Source of the DNA: Chrysomallon squamiferum
Lineage: Eukaryota; Animalia; Mollusca
Reading direction: 5' to 3'
DNA length: 64,000 nucleotides
NCBI GenBank assembly: GCA_012295275.1
Contig: CM022674.1
Location: forward strand, 1-64,000
The notes under the pieces were generated by a model. It was given only the letters and a program-made list of their open reading frames with translations. It did not search any database and was not told the DNA's origin. Each line of letters opens with the position of its first letter. Position 1 is the stretch's first letter. Below are positions 48,601 to 61,700 of this stretch, piece by piece. A program made the translations under genes and the position numbers.

Positions 48601-51600
48601 ATCTGAGGTCATACATTTACAAAATCATTCTGCCAAGACATAAACATTTTGTCACAGAATATGGAAGAACTCCCTGGGAAGAGATAAAACATGCCTCAGT
48701 CAGTTTCATTTTAAATTTGTTTTTCCTTTTTCTCTCATTTTCAATAAAGTGATCTCAGATTATGGTTTAAAAAAATTAATATTATTATCATTTTGTTAGT
48801 TATTTTGATCATAACAGTTCAGTTAGTGTCACTGTAGGTTGGTCTAAACATGGGATTAATATTACTATGATTTTATTGATTTTAATAAGTTAATTAGTTG
48901 CTTCATAGATTTCGATAAAAATAAATTTAATACTACTATCAGTTTTTCCACAAATTTTCATCACAGTTGCGCCATATACTAGTTAGTGAAGAAGTATATT
49001 ATAAAAAATATTTTTTTATTTGTTCAAATAAATTTCTAACAATAACACACATCTGAAAGTAGTTTGTATATTAAATACTTAAAAATATATATTAGTAGAT
49101 TAGTTCTCACAAGTGTTTCTGTTTTGAAAAACACTATACATCTATTTTGACTTGGAAATAACTTTTTAAGATTTTGATATTTATTATTTTCAGAAAAATT
49201 CATATCTGTTTTAATTTATGATATTAATTTTAGCAATCATTTCTGACTCTATTTTGAGAAACATTATACATCTGTTTTTAAGTAAGATGATAATTTTTTA
49301 AATTAATGATATTAATTTTAAAAATAGTTTGTCTGTCTGTTTTAAGAATCGGACAGAACTTCTACATAGAAAGAACTGATCAGTTATACAATGTCTAACA
49401 ACAAATATGTTACCTATCTGTCCTGTGAAACTTTACACACCTGTTTTGATAGGACTGATTTATTTTAAAATTAATTTTGAATCCAGGTGAATGCAACTGA
49501 TGACAGAACTGTTCCTCCAATAAAGTACATTCGAGATCAGCAGATCTTTAAGAATCTGAAACATTTCCATCACGTCATGACACACATGGAGCCTGCATGG
49601 GGTAAGAGGACAACATCAACAACTACAACAGCTCTGGTTTTTAGTCTTGAATTATTTGTTGCCAGTTATTTAAATGACTAAAACAACCACACAGATGACT
49701 AAAATGTGGTAGGTCAGCAAAAAGGGAAAACTTATTTTATGTACTTTTGTACTGTAGTTAAAAAGATATAATTTTACATCAACATATTTCATCATTTTAA
49801 TTTTTTTGTGTGTGTATATCATAAAATTTTGCAATACAATGTATTTGTTAACATTTGTGGATTTTCTTTATTTGAATGAGCTATATTGAATTATTTTTTT
49901 ATTTACTAAAAAAATCCAGTATAACTGATTTATTACAGACCATAGTATTGCTCTTTGTTTTCTACACAGAGACCTGTTTAGAAAGCTAATAATAAAATCT
50001 TTTGTACTTACAGATTATTGTTTTATTATTTAGAGTGACCTTCATCATTAAAAACACAGTGTGACAATAGAATGTTACTGTCAGAGAATATCAGAACAGA
50101 ATTGTTACCTTCACTGACCTGAAAGAAATTTTAGAATGCCCTTTCCTGTACATGATATCCACTGAAAACTATTACCAGTTTTTTAAATATAATTAAATTT
50201 TTGATATTGTACAAGTTACTAGTGAAAGCAAGAGAGAAGAAAAATAATAAAAAGAAATATAATTATTATTATAAAATAAAAATAAAATATAAACAAATGA
50301 ATTAAGAAATATAATTTGAAAGGATACAGAAAACATGTATGCTGTTTTAACACCAAAGGAACATTTTAATACTGGTGAAATAACAGTTTTCATATTCTTT
50401 ACAGATCCAAATAAAACATGGTTCGACCGATATGGAAGAAAAAATGGTTTTGTTTCTTACATCTTGAGATATTTCTTAGTCCTTAACTGGGGACAGAACC
50501 TTTACGTAACAGAAACAGAGTTCTTTGCAATTGTTGCCATGGTTTTTGGTCACTGTGATGAAAGTTTGTTCCAGCAAATTGAACTAAGACCTGTTGTCCG
50601 TTGTGTTACCATTGGAAGCTGGTTTCAGGTTATTTGTTAACAAAGAAAAGAAAATCCTATATTTGCTAATATACCACTTAAATAAAATTGACTTATGTAG
50701 ATCCATTTTTCTTAAAATACAAGATTCATTATTACATTTGTAAAGAAAGGAATTTTTTTTTAAATGTTTACTTACAAATACTGTTTTGAATAAATTGTTA
50801 AAGAAAAATTTAACTCATAAGAAAATGAAAACAGAGAGAGAAAGGTAGACTTATTTAATGTTCATGTTTGTGTTATTTTTCAGGATATTTATCGACATGC
50901 TTATGAATTCCTGGGAAAGATTTTGCATATCTCTCATGAGTTTCCACTTCCCCGAGAAATATTTTCAGGATCTGTGTGGACGACTTTTTATGTTTGCTCT
51001 GTTGATGAGTGTAAGTTAGAAATTTATTTCTTTAATTAAAGTCTTATAGAACTAATTACAGTTGATAAATTAATAAAATTGTTTTATGTAGTTATGAATA
51101 AAGATGAAAACTGGAGTAAAATCTAAATATATATGAAATATTAATTATAATTTTTTTGGTGGGGGGGAAGGTGGAATATGAGGTTTCTATCTGGTGTGTG
51201 TGTATGCATATAATATGATTTTTTTGTTTTTTAAATTGTAATTTTATATTTGTGTATCTACAAAACTAAATTACAAAACTAAATTTGGGTTATATATAAA
51301 TAAAAATAAACCAAATTAATTTTATAATCAGCAATTAAAGAAATAATCTAGATACACAAATATAAAATTACAGTTAAAAAGAAAAGTATTATTTGATACC
51401 ACAGTGCTCTGTCTATAATGTTAAGTTTCATTAGGCTGTAATTGTGCAGTGTAAGAAAATAAAAATATGTCTGCTCAAGTTTTTTAACAGATCTCTCTAG
51501 TTTTAATAGTTTGTGACAAAGTTAAAGTATTTTTCTTGTGATTAAAATTAGACTGTTAATTTGTTAATCTTCCTTTATAGTGTTTTACATGGCAACCAGA

Positions 51601-51720
51601 CAAGGCCATTCTGAGAAGTTGTATGAAGCACGAAAGAAAATGCAAGACATCATTCATGAGAAAAGACATGTTATCAAATATTTAGTGGATGGAGTCTTCT
51701 ACTTTGATGACCGATGGTGA
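45698..51720 (+). CDS. Asteroid (ASTE1)/FAM120-like PIN-domain (FEN1/XPG fold) putative nuclease, 620 aa, 8 coding exons
   Basis: Exons 45698-46075, 46746-47111, 47511-47687, 48363-48698, 49487-49601, 50405-50628, 50884-51010, 51581-51720. GT-AG, phase-consistent, 1863 nt. Motifs: MGVQGL, ILVD, GGEY..F...L...GINLVFFIDG, GEADYIIA, VFSNDSDFCIF, IVAGNDF, PLPREIFSG. Confidence 0.88.
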
Positions 51721-53927
51721 CCCTGACAAATTTCTGTCATGTGAAAACACTTGAGTCAAACTGATTTTTCATTTTTCTCAGTTTGATCTATCAGTCAGAT
51801 CTTTTAATCAGCATCAGTTTGATCCCTTAATCAGAATCAAGGAGATCTGACAACAAGAAGGATTTGATTCTGCAGCCATTGTATTTTCTGTTCAGTAATT
51901 CTGAAATCTGTTCAGTGTTTTCCCATGTTTAAACCTAAAAACTAAAAAATAAAAAATTTAAAAAATCATCCAGTGAAAAAATATTTACTTTTGTTTCTAA
52001 GAAAAAAAATCTTAAGCTTCACGCAACTGCACAGAATATGGAAAGAGCAGCAATTTCCAAAACTGAGTTACTGTGAAAACTGATTTATGAAATGTTGTAA
52101 ATAGTCTGTAGAAGATTTTTATCAGAGGAATTATGTTTTGAAAAATTTGTTTTTGATTAACTGGTATTTGCTAACAATTTAAATCATTTTGTTGCATGTA
52201 CTTTGATGGTACCTTCAATATTAGCAGTAATTAACATGACAGTTTGAAATAAATCAGAACTTTACAAGAGTTTTCTAATTTTCATACATAATGTGAAATA
52301 TTAATCAGATGAAATGAATTGATCTGTACAAGTTTTCTAATTACAGAAAGTTACTCTAACCAGCAAAATACTTGAAAGATAAAAAATAGTCATTAGCAAC
52401 AAAATGGAGAAATACTTTTTCAGAAAGTATTATTATAAATCATATATTTTTAATTATTCTGATTAGGTAAAATAATAATATTAATAATTATCCATGTACA
52501 TAAAAAAAAAAAAATTTTTTTACTTAATATCGGAGTAAAGTGCATTTTTAAACATTTATATAATCAATTTTAATAAATATTTCTGTGCTTTAGTAGAATT
52601 AACAAAATGTATGTTTAACATAGATTTTATGTTGTCACAGTAAATATTTATTTGTAATAATAAATTATTAGCCTCTGTATTTGAGTTTCTTATGATTTTT
52701 TTTTTTTTTTTTTTTTTTAATTTTAGTTGGAAGGAGAAAGGAAATGGTAGTTGATAAAGCATTTACTTATTTACAATAATGAATTACAATGCAATAATAA
52801 TGCTGACAACGTTACACGTTTGGTTTGTGAACGTAAATGGAATAGAAGCTGAATTTCATTTGAATAAGATTTAAGAACTGACTTTTGAAAAGCTGTTAGA
52901 ATGCGGGAGCGATTTTATGAAGCACATGTCAAACCAAAGAGGAGACTGAATAAGGAAGTATGTCCTAAATTTATAATATTATTTATTATGTATGTAGAAT
53001 GTTTTGAACTAACACACTAATTATTATTCCATTATCAGTTTCAATATTATTTCCAAGGCATTGCCACAATCACTGAAAATCGAATAAAAAGCTAAATACT
53101 ATTGAATAAACAATCACGAATAAGAAAACTATTTTTAGATCATGGCAACCCGTTGAAAACTGTCACGTGACCATAACTCTTTCGCTTATTCAGGCATCAG
53201 AAACAATAAACTGCTCAAAACCTTCACAGATTTTGTTTCGAAGGCCTCTAACTTACAGTCTGTAAGTACATTTATTAAGCAAGGTGGAGGCACTGTCAGA
53301 CATGTAACCCTGTACAAGTATCCGGCTCGGACATCATTTTAGTCGACGGATAAATCACTTAAATTGTAAAATTTTATGTGGTTAAATCGACATATGAAAA
53401 GAATATAATCATTTTGTTCACTAACAAGAACCAATACTTTGTCTCAACTTTTTAAAATGAAGAAAGTTCCTGAAGTTAACCCCGCTGCTGCACTTTTTAT
53501 TCAGATAGAACATCAAACGGAGACTACACAAATCAAGCGTTCAAAAGTCAGTAAAATTAGATCAAATACAGACGCTTTGGAGTACCTGCTAACAGTTAAT
53601 TAAAACTTCGTCACCAGTCATACATGCTCGGGTCTTCTGCCTCTTTATATACTGCAGATGGCGCCAGGCTAAAAACGTGCATACATTTTTTTTTTTATTA
53701 TTATTATTAATTCTTTATTCTTTTTATTTTTATTTCCTTTTTTAAAGATTTGTTCAGTTTAGTTACCTCAACTTTTTATTTATTTATGTATTTATTTATA
53801 TTTTAGTTATTTGATTAATATTATGCAATCACTAGTGGAAAATACACTACCGAAATAAATATCTATATTTTCAGGGAATGACTGAGAATATAATGTTTGG
53901 GGATGGAACTATATTTAATTCGACAAG

Positions 53928-53930
<3 letters not shown>

Positions 53931-54006
<76 letters not shown>
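53931..54006. repeat. (TC)n microsatellite
   Basis: Perfect TC run of about 38 units. Confidence 0.97.
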
Positions 54007-54009
<3 letters not shown>

Positions 54010-54098
54010 CACAGTAACACAGAAGCCTATACTGATCACTTACTTCTCTAATCTTTAACTAAGTTTAGATTCAAAAGACCATTTTAAAAAGGGTTTAC

Positions 54099-54131
<33 letters not shown>

Positions 54132-54574
54132 TAAATTAAAAAAAATAATAATAATAATTTAATAAATAAACTGTTATGCAGAAATTATATGCCTTTATCT
54201 TCTACTAATGAATCTATTAATCTCGTGGAGCAATGAGTTGAGAAATAAAACCGTTAATTTAGTTTTTGTATTATTTAACTCCGCAGGATAAAAGAAATAA
54301 TTGGTGATTGTCTTAACATAAGAGCCTTTTTCTGCTTAGATTGAATAGCCCGATGGAGTTCGGCATAACCTCGCTACAGTTCGATATTTAAGGCTACGCA
54401 GGATAAAGCTACTATCTCAAGACACAAACCAGCTATTCCTATATATTGTCAGTACTTACAGAACAAAGGATGTACCAGATTATAATGCGCAATCCTACAA
54501 AAAGGCACGTAAACGTTTATTTTTCTGATACTGTTAATTTACATGAGAGAGAGAGAGAGAGACAGAGAGAGAGA

Positions 54575-54631
<57 letters not shown>

Positions 54632-55041
54632 TAAATAAATAAAAATAAATAAAGTAAATAAAATATTCATATGCCAAAAAAGGAATTATTAACGTATACG
54701 TGAGTCAGCAAGATTTTAATGTCATCTCCATTTTGTTTTGAAGGAAGAAAAAGTGACTAATTTAAAAAATACAAAATATATTATAAAGTAACTAACCAAA
54801 CCTACAAACAAACAAACAAATAAATAAATAATTTACAACGATTGTACAAACAATAACGTTAATTCTCATAAACGTAAAATGTACTCGTGTGATATATCTG
54901 AAGTTTGTGCTGTATTTCCTCTACTCTACACATACGTATATTAAAACAGTAAGTCAAGTACCTGATAAGTGACACCGCCATAGGATCCGGTCGCAATGCT
55001 AGGTTAAAGAGTTTGAGCGAAAAACAAAAAAGATTAACAAA

Positions 55042-55108
55042 ATGTCGCTGGATCGTAGATTTTTGAGAGGTAGAGGGTCATCATTTAGACTTTCGCTCCG
55101 ATTACCTA
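55042..55108 (+). CDS. Possible first coding exon of an unidentified gene (MSLDRRFLRGRGSSFRLSLRLP)
   Basis: AACAAAATG start context, 22 open codons and a canonical GTAAGT donor in a locally CpG-rich patch. No downstream exon was confidently linked. Confidence 0.3.
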
Positions 55109-57195
55109 GTAAGTATTTTGTTACTTTTCAGATAATATTCCGTAAACAAATGTTTCTAAATGTATTAACCATTATTTGAAATCAATTAACAGCTTGTATC
55201 TAAAAACAGGGTTTCCTCTAATGAAAGGGCGTCTACTTGTTTTGTTGTGTTTGTTCGTGAGATTAAATTTCAGTTTACGAATTTAAGTTAATAGTTGTGT
55301 TTGAATATTAACTGAAATGTAACATTTATTTTATTATTATTATTATTATTTTATTATTATTATTATTTAGTATATAGAGTTGTTTTCTTTATTTTTTATT
55401 TTTATTAATCTAAACAATACTTATTTATACTGACTTAATATTGACTTGTCTGCATACGCTCGTGGCCTACATAATTATTTAAGTGGATTTATTTTAAGTG
55501 AGCTGATAACACTTCTGTTATGATATACAGTTATGTAGTTACTTTACTCTTTTTTTCTTTTTTTATCTCCCCTTTTTACAGCCTTACATTGTCTGTACAT
55601 ATTCAACACACACAGACACACACACACACACACAGTTCAGTTTAAACTATCACAAAGTCGATTTTTTTTAATTTTTACTATTATAACATGGAATATCTTT
55701 GCTGATAATCGTTGATGAATTACGGATCGATTTTCATCATTCAGATATAATAATAATAATAATAATAATGATTCTTATGACTGATGATGATGATGATAAT
55801 GATAAATAAAATTCCACCTTTATAACAAAAAGTTTATAACGAGAAGCCATTGAATCAACAGTGTTACTGTATAAATACAGTTAAATGTAAATTTGTATTC
55901 TCCAATAAATGAAAGGCTATTAAACAAATACACGCACAGTTTCGCATACATGCGACTTTTTATTTATTATACTGTGATATTACTGTATGAGGAAGCTTTT
56001 AGAATGCAGAATGAATTATGAAATTTCTAAAATTCTTAGTAAGCTAAAAAGAGTAACTTAAAATAACTAAAGTAAAAATGTGTGAAATAAAATAATTTTA
56101 TTTACAATCATATTGGTTTGTCTCCTACATACTGGAAACGAAACAACATATACACAATACAGTCAGGGCTGGCGCTATCAGTAGGCTAAGAACCAGATCT
56201 CAGAAGGGTGTATTTAAATATTTTAAGGGTCAAAGTTTTATGCAGATTATTGTTTTAAGAAAGAAAGAAAAAGAAAAAATAGCACAACAAAAAAGTCCCA
56301 AACTGAAAACATTATATATTGATATTTTGTAATAACCTATATATAGTGCAACACTAACAATACTATTAAACTTAAATTAGTTTAGACTGAAATATTCTCA
56401 TTTTCCCTGTAACTGTATGGAGCATTATACACATTATATAAGAATTTATGTATATAAAGTCGAAACAACAACAATAACAGTAAAAAAAAAATCCCGTTTC
56501 TGTGGAAGAGTAAAGATATTGTAGTTTGTATTATATAATAATTTATATATATAATCAAAACAAACAAACATTAAGAACAACAACAAAAAAAAAAAATCCC
56601 CGTTTCTTTGGAAATGTAAAGATATTTGGATTTGCATAGCAGCAAAAGGCAGGAGTATTTCCCCTTCCATTGGCAGGTGGCTTTAAATTTGTTCACTTCC
56701 GGTAGAAAGATAAAATGGCATGTTTTAAATGTAAGAATATTGTTTTAGAATTAGATAATACTAGTGAAAAAATCGAAATTTCGTAACGAAATTGTTATTG
56801 AGAATTCAAGGGATACCAAGAAGTATATTTATAAAATATATTTAATAAGGTAAGTTCTTTCCTAAATACATATTTTCATGGTAAGCACGTCGACAATTTG
56901 TAAAATCGTCTTAGCCCGCCACTCGCCATTGCCTAATAAATGAATGTTGAATAGGTTATTTTCTATTCACAGATTCATTTAAAAAACAAAAACTATTAGT
57001 ATTACCAAGTTAAATATTTTAAAGTAAAGAACTATCATATTGCTTTTAAAAGTAAAAATTAAAATACAAATTAGAGGAAATAAAATATAATTATAATTAT
57101 AATATATCATTATATGTTTAATATAATCAATAATGCTATTTAATAATTTATATTATTATTATTATTATTAAATGAATATTCGAAGAAAACGTAAT

Positions 57196-57256
<61 letters not shown>

Positions 57257-58728
57257 GTTAACACTCATTCCAGCATTCTTAGAGAGGTTTGGCAATTAAG
57301 TTTCTAATTGAATCATAATTATGATAATAATAATATACAAAACTAAGAAATCATAACTGATAATTATTTTGTAAGTTTTAATTTTTTAATTTTTTTTTGG
57401 TGACAAACACATGGAATGGAGATACTGCTGTTTATTGCAGGCATGATGGGATTCCTCATGTTACATGATTATATAAATCAGCAAAATATAAGTATCCAAA
57501 GTTCATATTAACAGTAATATTTTTTATATTGTTTTTCAAAGATTAATAAACTAATTTAAACATGTAATTATAATGAATAAACATGTAATTATATTTGAAA
57601 AAATCCATAATAAAAACACTTGTTGTCTTCTAAAAGTGATAAAAAACTTGGTGTAGTGTAGTTATCACACTCATACTGACAGCTATGCTTGATCCTTATT
57701 GTTGTGTCTCACGATTAAACCCATCATCTTATGTTATTTTAAGATAGTTAGTTTTCAATGTGCAGTACTATCTCAGAACCACTATCATAATATTTCATAA
57801 CAGGGAGAGAAAAATTAGTATCCCATTATGATCTGTGATTACATTATTGAGTGAATCTAATATTTATGATGAATTATTTGATGGATGTTCAGACTCGTCT
57901 AGCAAATTCAGAATATAAGTCTCTGATGTAAATTGATGTTGTAGACAGACAAGTACAAATTTGGTATTGTTCCAAAATAATCAATAAAAAAAAAAAAAAT
58001 TAATAAAACAAGCACAATAATAATAATATACTGCTTTGTATTTTATTTATTATTCTAATTACTGAAAATTTAAAAAATATTATAAATATTAATGATGTGT
58101 TTAACCTTATATAACTTTACAAACATTTGTGAATATATAACACATTCTATGACATGTGCAAGGTTATATTTTATATACAAACTTGTGAATAATAGAGCTA
58201 AATGTTGTATTTGTAAAAAATATTGTTGGGACCACACCAAAATACCTAGCATGTATTCTTGTTAATAATAGAGCTGGCCAGGCAGTGGTAGAACTTTCTG
58301 GCTTGTTAAAACACTGACTGTATTGATCATTGTGTTCAGCATTATTGACAGGAGTGACGATGATAATATTTATTACAACACTTTGCACATTGCTTGCCTG
58401 TGTGTTCGGAGAGTAACCCACTAACAGCTGTCATCAGGTTCTTCATATTTGACCAACTGCGGTTTCTTGTCAGCTCAAAGATATTTCTATTTAACCATGT
58501 GCAAATTTTCTGCTTGTTTAATGCTTGATGCTATTAAGTTATTGACCACTGATGTGGTCAGCAGCATGATGCGAGTCTGGTGACCGTATGTATTGATCTG
58601 ATCCTGTCTGAAAGGAGGGTTATTTGGAGGTTATGTTTTAACAACAAAGAATAGTTAATACAGATTTGTTTTCTACTTCTTTATTTTTTCTTTACAAGTT
58701 AAATTGAAAACAGCATTTTAAGTAAAGA

Positions 58729-58762
<34 letters not shown>

Positions 58763-61700
58763 TATATCATCTCTATATAATATAATGTTTATATGTACAT
58801 ATTTATTTTAATAATTTTTAAAAAAATCATTAGGAAAGCTATTATTAATTTTTATTTTTAAATCATTATTATATCATGAATATTTGTAGGCATACATTAA
58901 TAAAAAATGCATAATAACTCTTGTTATTCCACAACAGTATTGTTTGCAAAATGAGTAAATTCAAATTATGGCCATGTCACTAGTGTTCACTATGTCATTT
59001 CTCTTTCTACTTCAACAAGTGAATCCATTTAGCTTCATCAGAACATTCGTCATTTCCAACAGTGCCTGCATTTTCTGAGCTGCAGGCTGCCGAAACCAGA
59101 CAAAATTATATTTGCATTGATCTGTTGGGATCAAACAGTTTTTCTCTTCTGCACTGTTGAATAAGGAGTCAGTCACAGTGACTCAGCAGCCAGGCCATTC
59201 TTTTCTCAATGGTCAGTTTACACATCCAGCATGGACATTACTCTCTTCTGTTGTCCAAAAATGCTAATCATTTGACCAGCTGATATCCACTGATTTTTGT
59301 CGTTTAGTGGTTGTCTTATCTTGAGACCAGTTGGTTATGTTCTGTGTATAGTTGTGTATTTTGTTAAATTAACATATTTTCTGTAAAAATATGACTATGC
59401 ATTTTCTTTCTCTATTAAACATACATACACACACACAACATAACCTACACACACACACTTAATTGCAATGACATGAAAGTATAATAGATATATAGAGCTG
59501 TTGGCTACCTGTAAAGATATATTACAGATTATTAATATAGATATGGCAGTAACTGAATGACAAACAGTAGCAAAAAAATAAACAGTCTGCAAGGTGAGAT
59601 CAAGTCCATCTCATGATAATAACAAGCCTGCAGTCTATTGTAATAATAAAAAAATAAAATAAAATAAATAGTAAAACTATAAATTCTCAAAATCAACAGT
59701 TTGTTTTCAATTTGTGTTGCAGGAAATATTGATGTGAATATTTAAAAAAAAAAAAAAAAAAAGAATTACATAAGTGTCAAATGAATATAATATCATTATA
59801 TTTTTAAAATTAAACTTTTTGGAAAAATGAAGAATATATATAGCCTATATTATTTAATAAATATTTCTAGTATTTTTCTGTTGTCATTCTAATTGTAATG
59901 TGAAAAGGTATGATTTTTCAGCAATATATTACAAGTTTAAAAACAGTACATCATAAAATTTAGAACTCAGTCACATTTTGGACATTTTATTCAACATTTT
60001 TTTTTAATAAAAGAAATAACACCTTGAGTTAGTATTTACTTTATGACAATGAGTGGTGATATGGTAAACATTCTACATGGTAGTTATTATTAATCATCTG
60101 TTGTTTTTTTTTTCACTGTCCCATACAGCAATCTCTTGAATTCAGTCATGAACATTTTCATGGATTCTAACATTATGCCAAAACATGTAAACATTATTTT
60201 ATTTGGAATTCCTTTCCATTGTATTTTATAATTTTTATTCAAAAATTAGTGTATTTATTTTTTAAAATTATTTTATGATTAAAAACAGATACTTTGCAGA
60301 CATCAAGCCTAAGTCGACATTATAATAATATTACACATGTTTTATTTTAATTAACTGATACTTATCTTTGACTTTTCTATCAGTAATAGTAATAGTGCTC
60401 ACATCATAAAATTTCATTAACACATTCCCCATGTTTGCTGGATTTCTTGAAGTAGTTTATGAAGTATTTTACTCTCTTACTGTCTGTAAATATTGTAAAT
60501 AACTGACACAATATTATTTGAAAAGAACCTTGCATCATACTATTCTTGAGGTATTTATTTATTGTGTGACATTTAAAATAAACCTTTGCATTCTAGAAGC
60601 AAGAAAGTTGACTTTAATAAGAAATATTAGTATGATTGTTGATTCTTCTAAAATGGCTGATATAGGTACACACGATAAATACAAAATTGATCATAGTAAG
60701 ACTTGAGTTTTTAAAAGTGTTTACCAGAGATGAGGTATTTTCTTTGTATAGTTTGTATTTGTGTATTGGATCTAATATAGAAATTTAGTTAATACTAGCA
60801 TCAGTGATTCAGATGTAAACAGTTTGTGACTCAGTGATGCTAGTAAAATCATTTGATACAGTCTTACATAGTTTCTCTTCAGGCCAGCATTTTACTTCAT
60901 GTTGGCTTTTCATTAAGTTCAGCAGGATAAATTATTTTCACTGCTTGTCTAAGATGCTCTGTCCTACTTTAAAAGTGTAAAAAACATAAATAAATTTTAC
61001 ACATGCTACTTGGCAAATTGATGAGGCTCTCTTGAACTCTGACGTAGGTTGGTGGAGTGTAAACAACTTACTGAAATTACACAAACAATTTATCCTGGGG
61101 TGCCAGCAGAGCAGGGCGTGTCATGCACCTGTTACTGAGAATCCTCTCTTCTCCATTCACACACAGTTTAGCAAGAATCCTCTATTTCACTTAGTGCCAT
61201 GATGACATATTTCATTTTGTGATATTACAGACTTGAGATTTAAACTGAAGCTTTCTTTCATGTTAAGTCTTCATATATATTTGTAAATGAAATTACAGTT
61301 TTTAAAAATGGTATGTACTGTTAAAAAAACATTGAATAAGGAATGGAGAGGCAGTGGTGGAACATTTTGCTGGATAAACAGCTGTATTACTGAACAGTAT
61401 TTATATAATTTATGTTGTAACTGCATGTAATTATGATTAAAGTTCTTTTTGTATGTTTACATATATATCTGTTACCTTTGATTTTCTCCCTTTCCAAAGA
61501 ATGAATTTTCTTAGTTAAATCTCCAATAAATTAATGATCATAATTTTTAAATAATTTTTTTTAATAACACACACACACACACACACACATTCACAAAAGC
61601 AGAAATAAAAGCCAGGTCAGAATACCCTGATACTAAACACACAATTAAAATAGCTGAGTGTAATAAAATAGATAGTGTATTGATCAAGTTTCACTATGTT

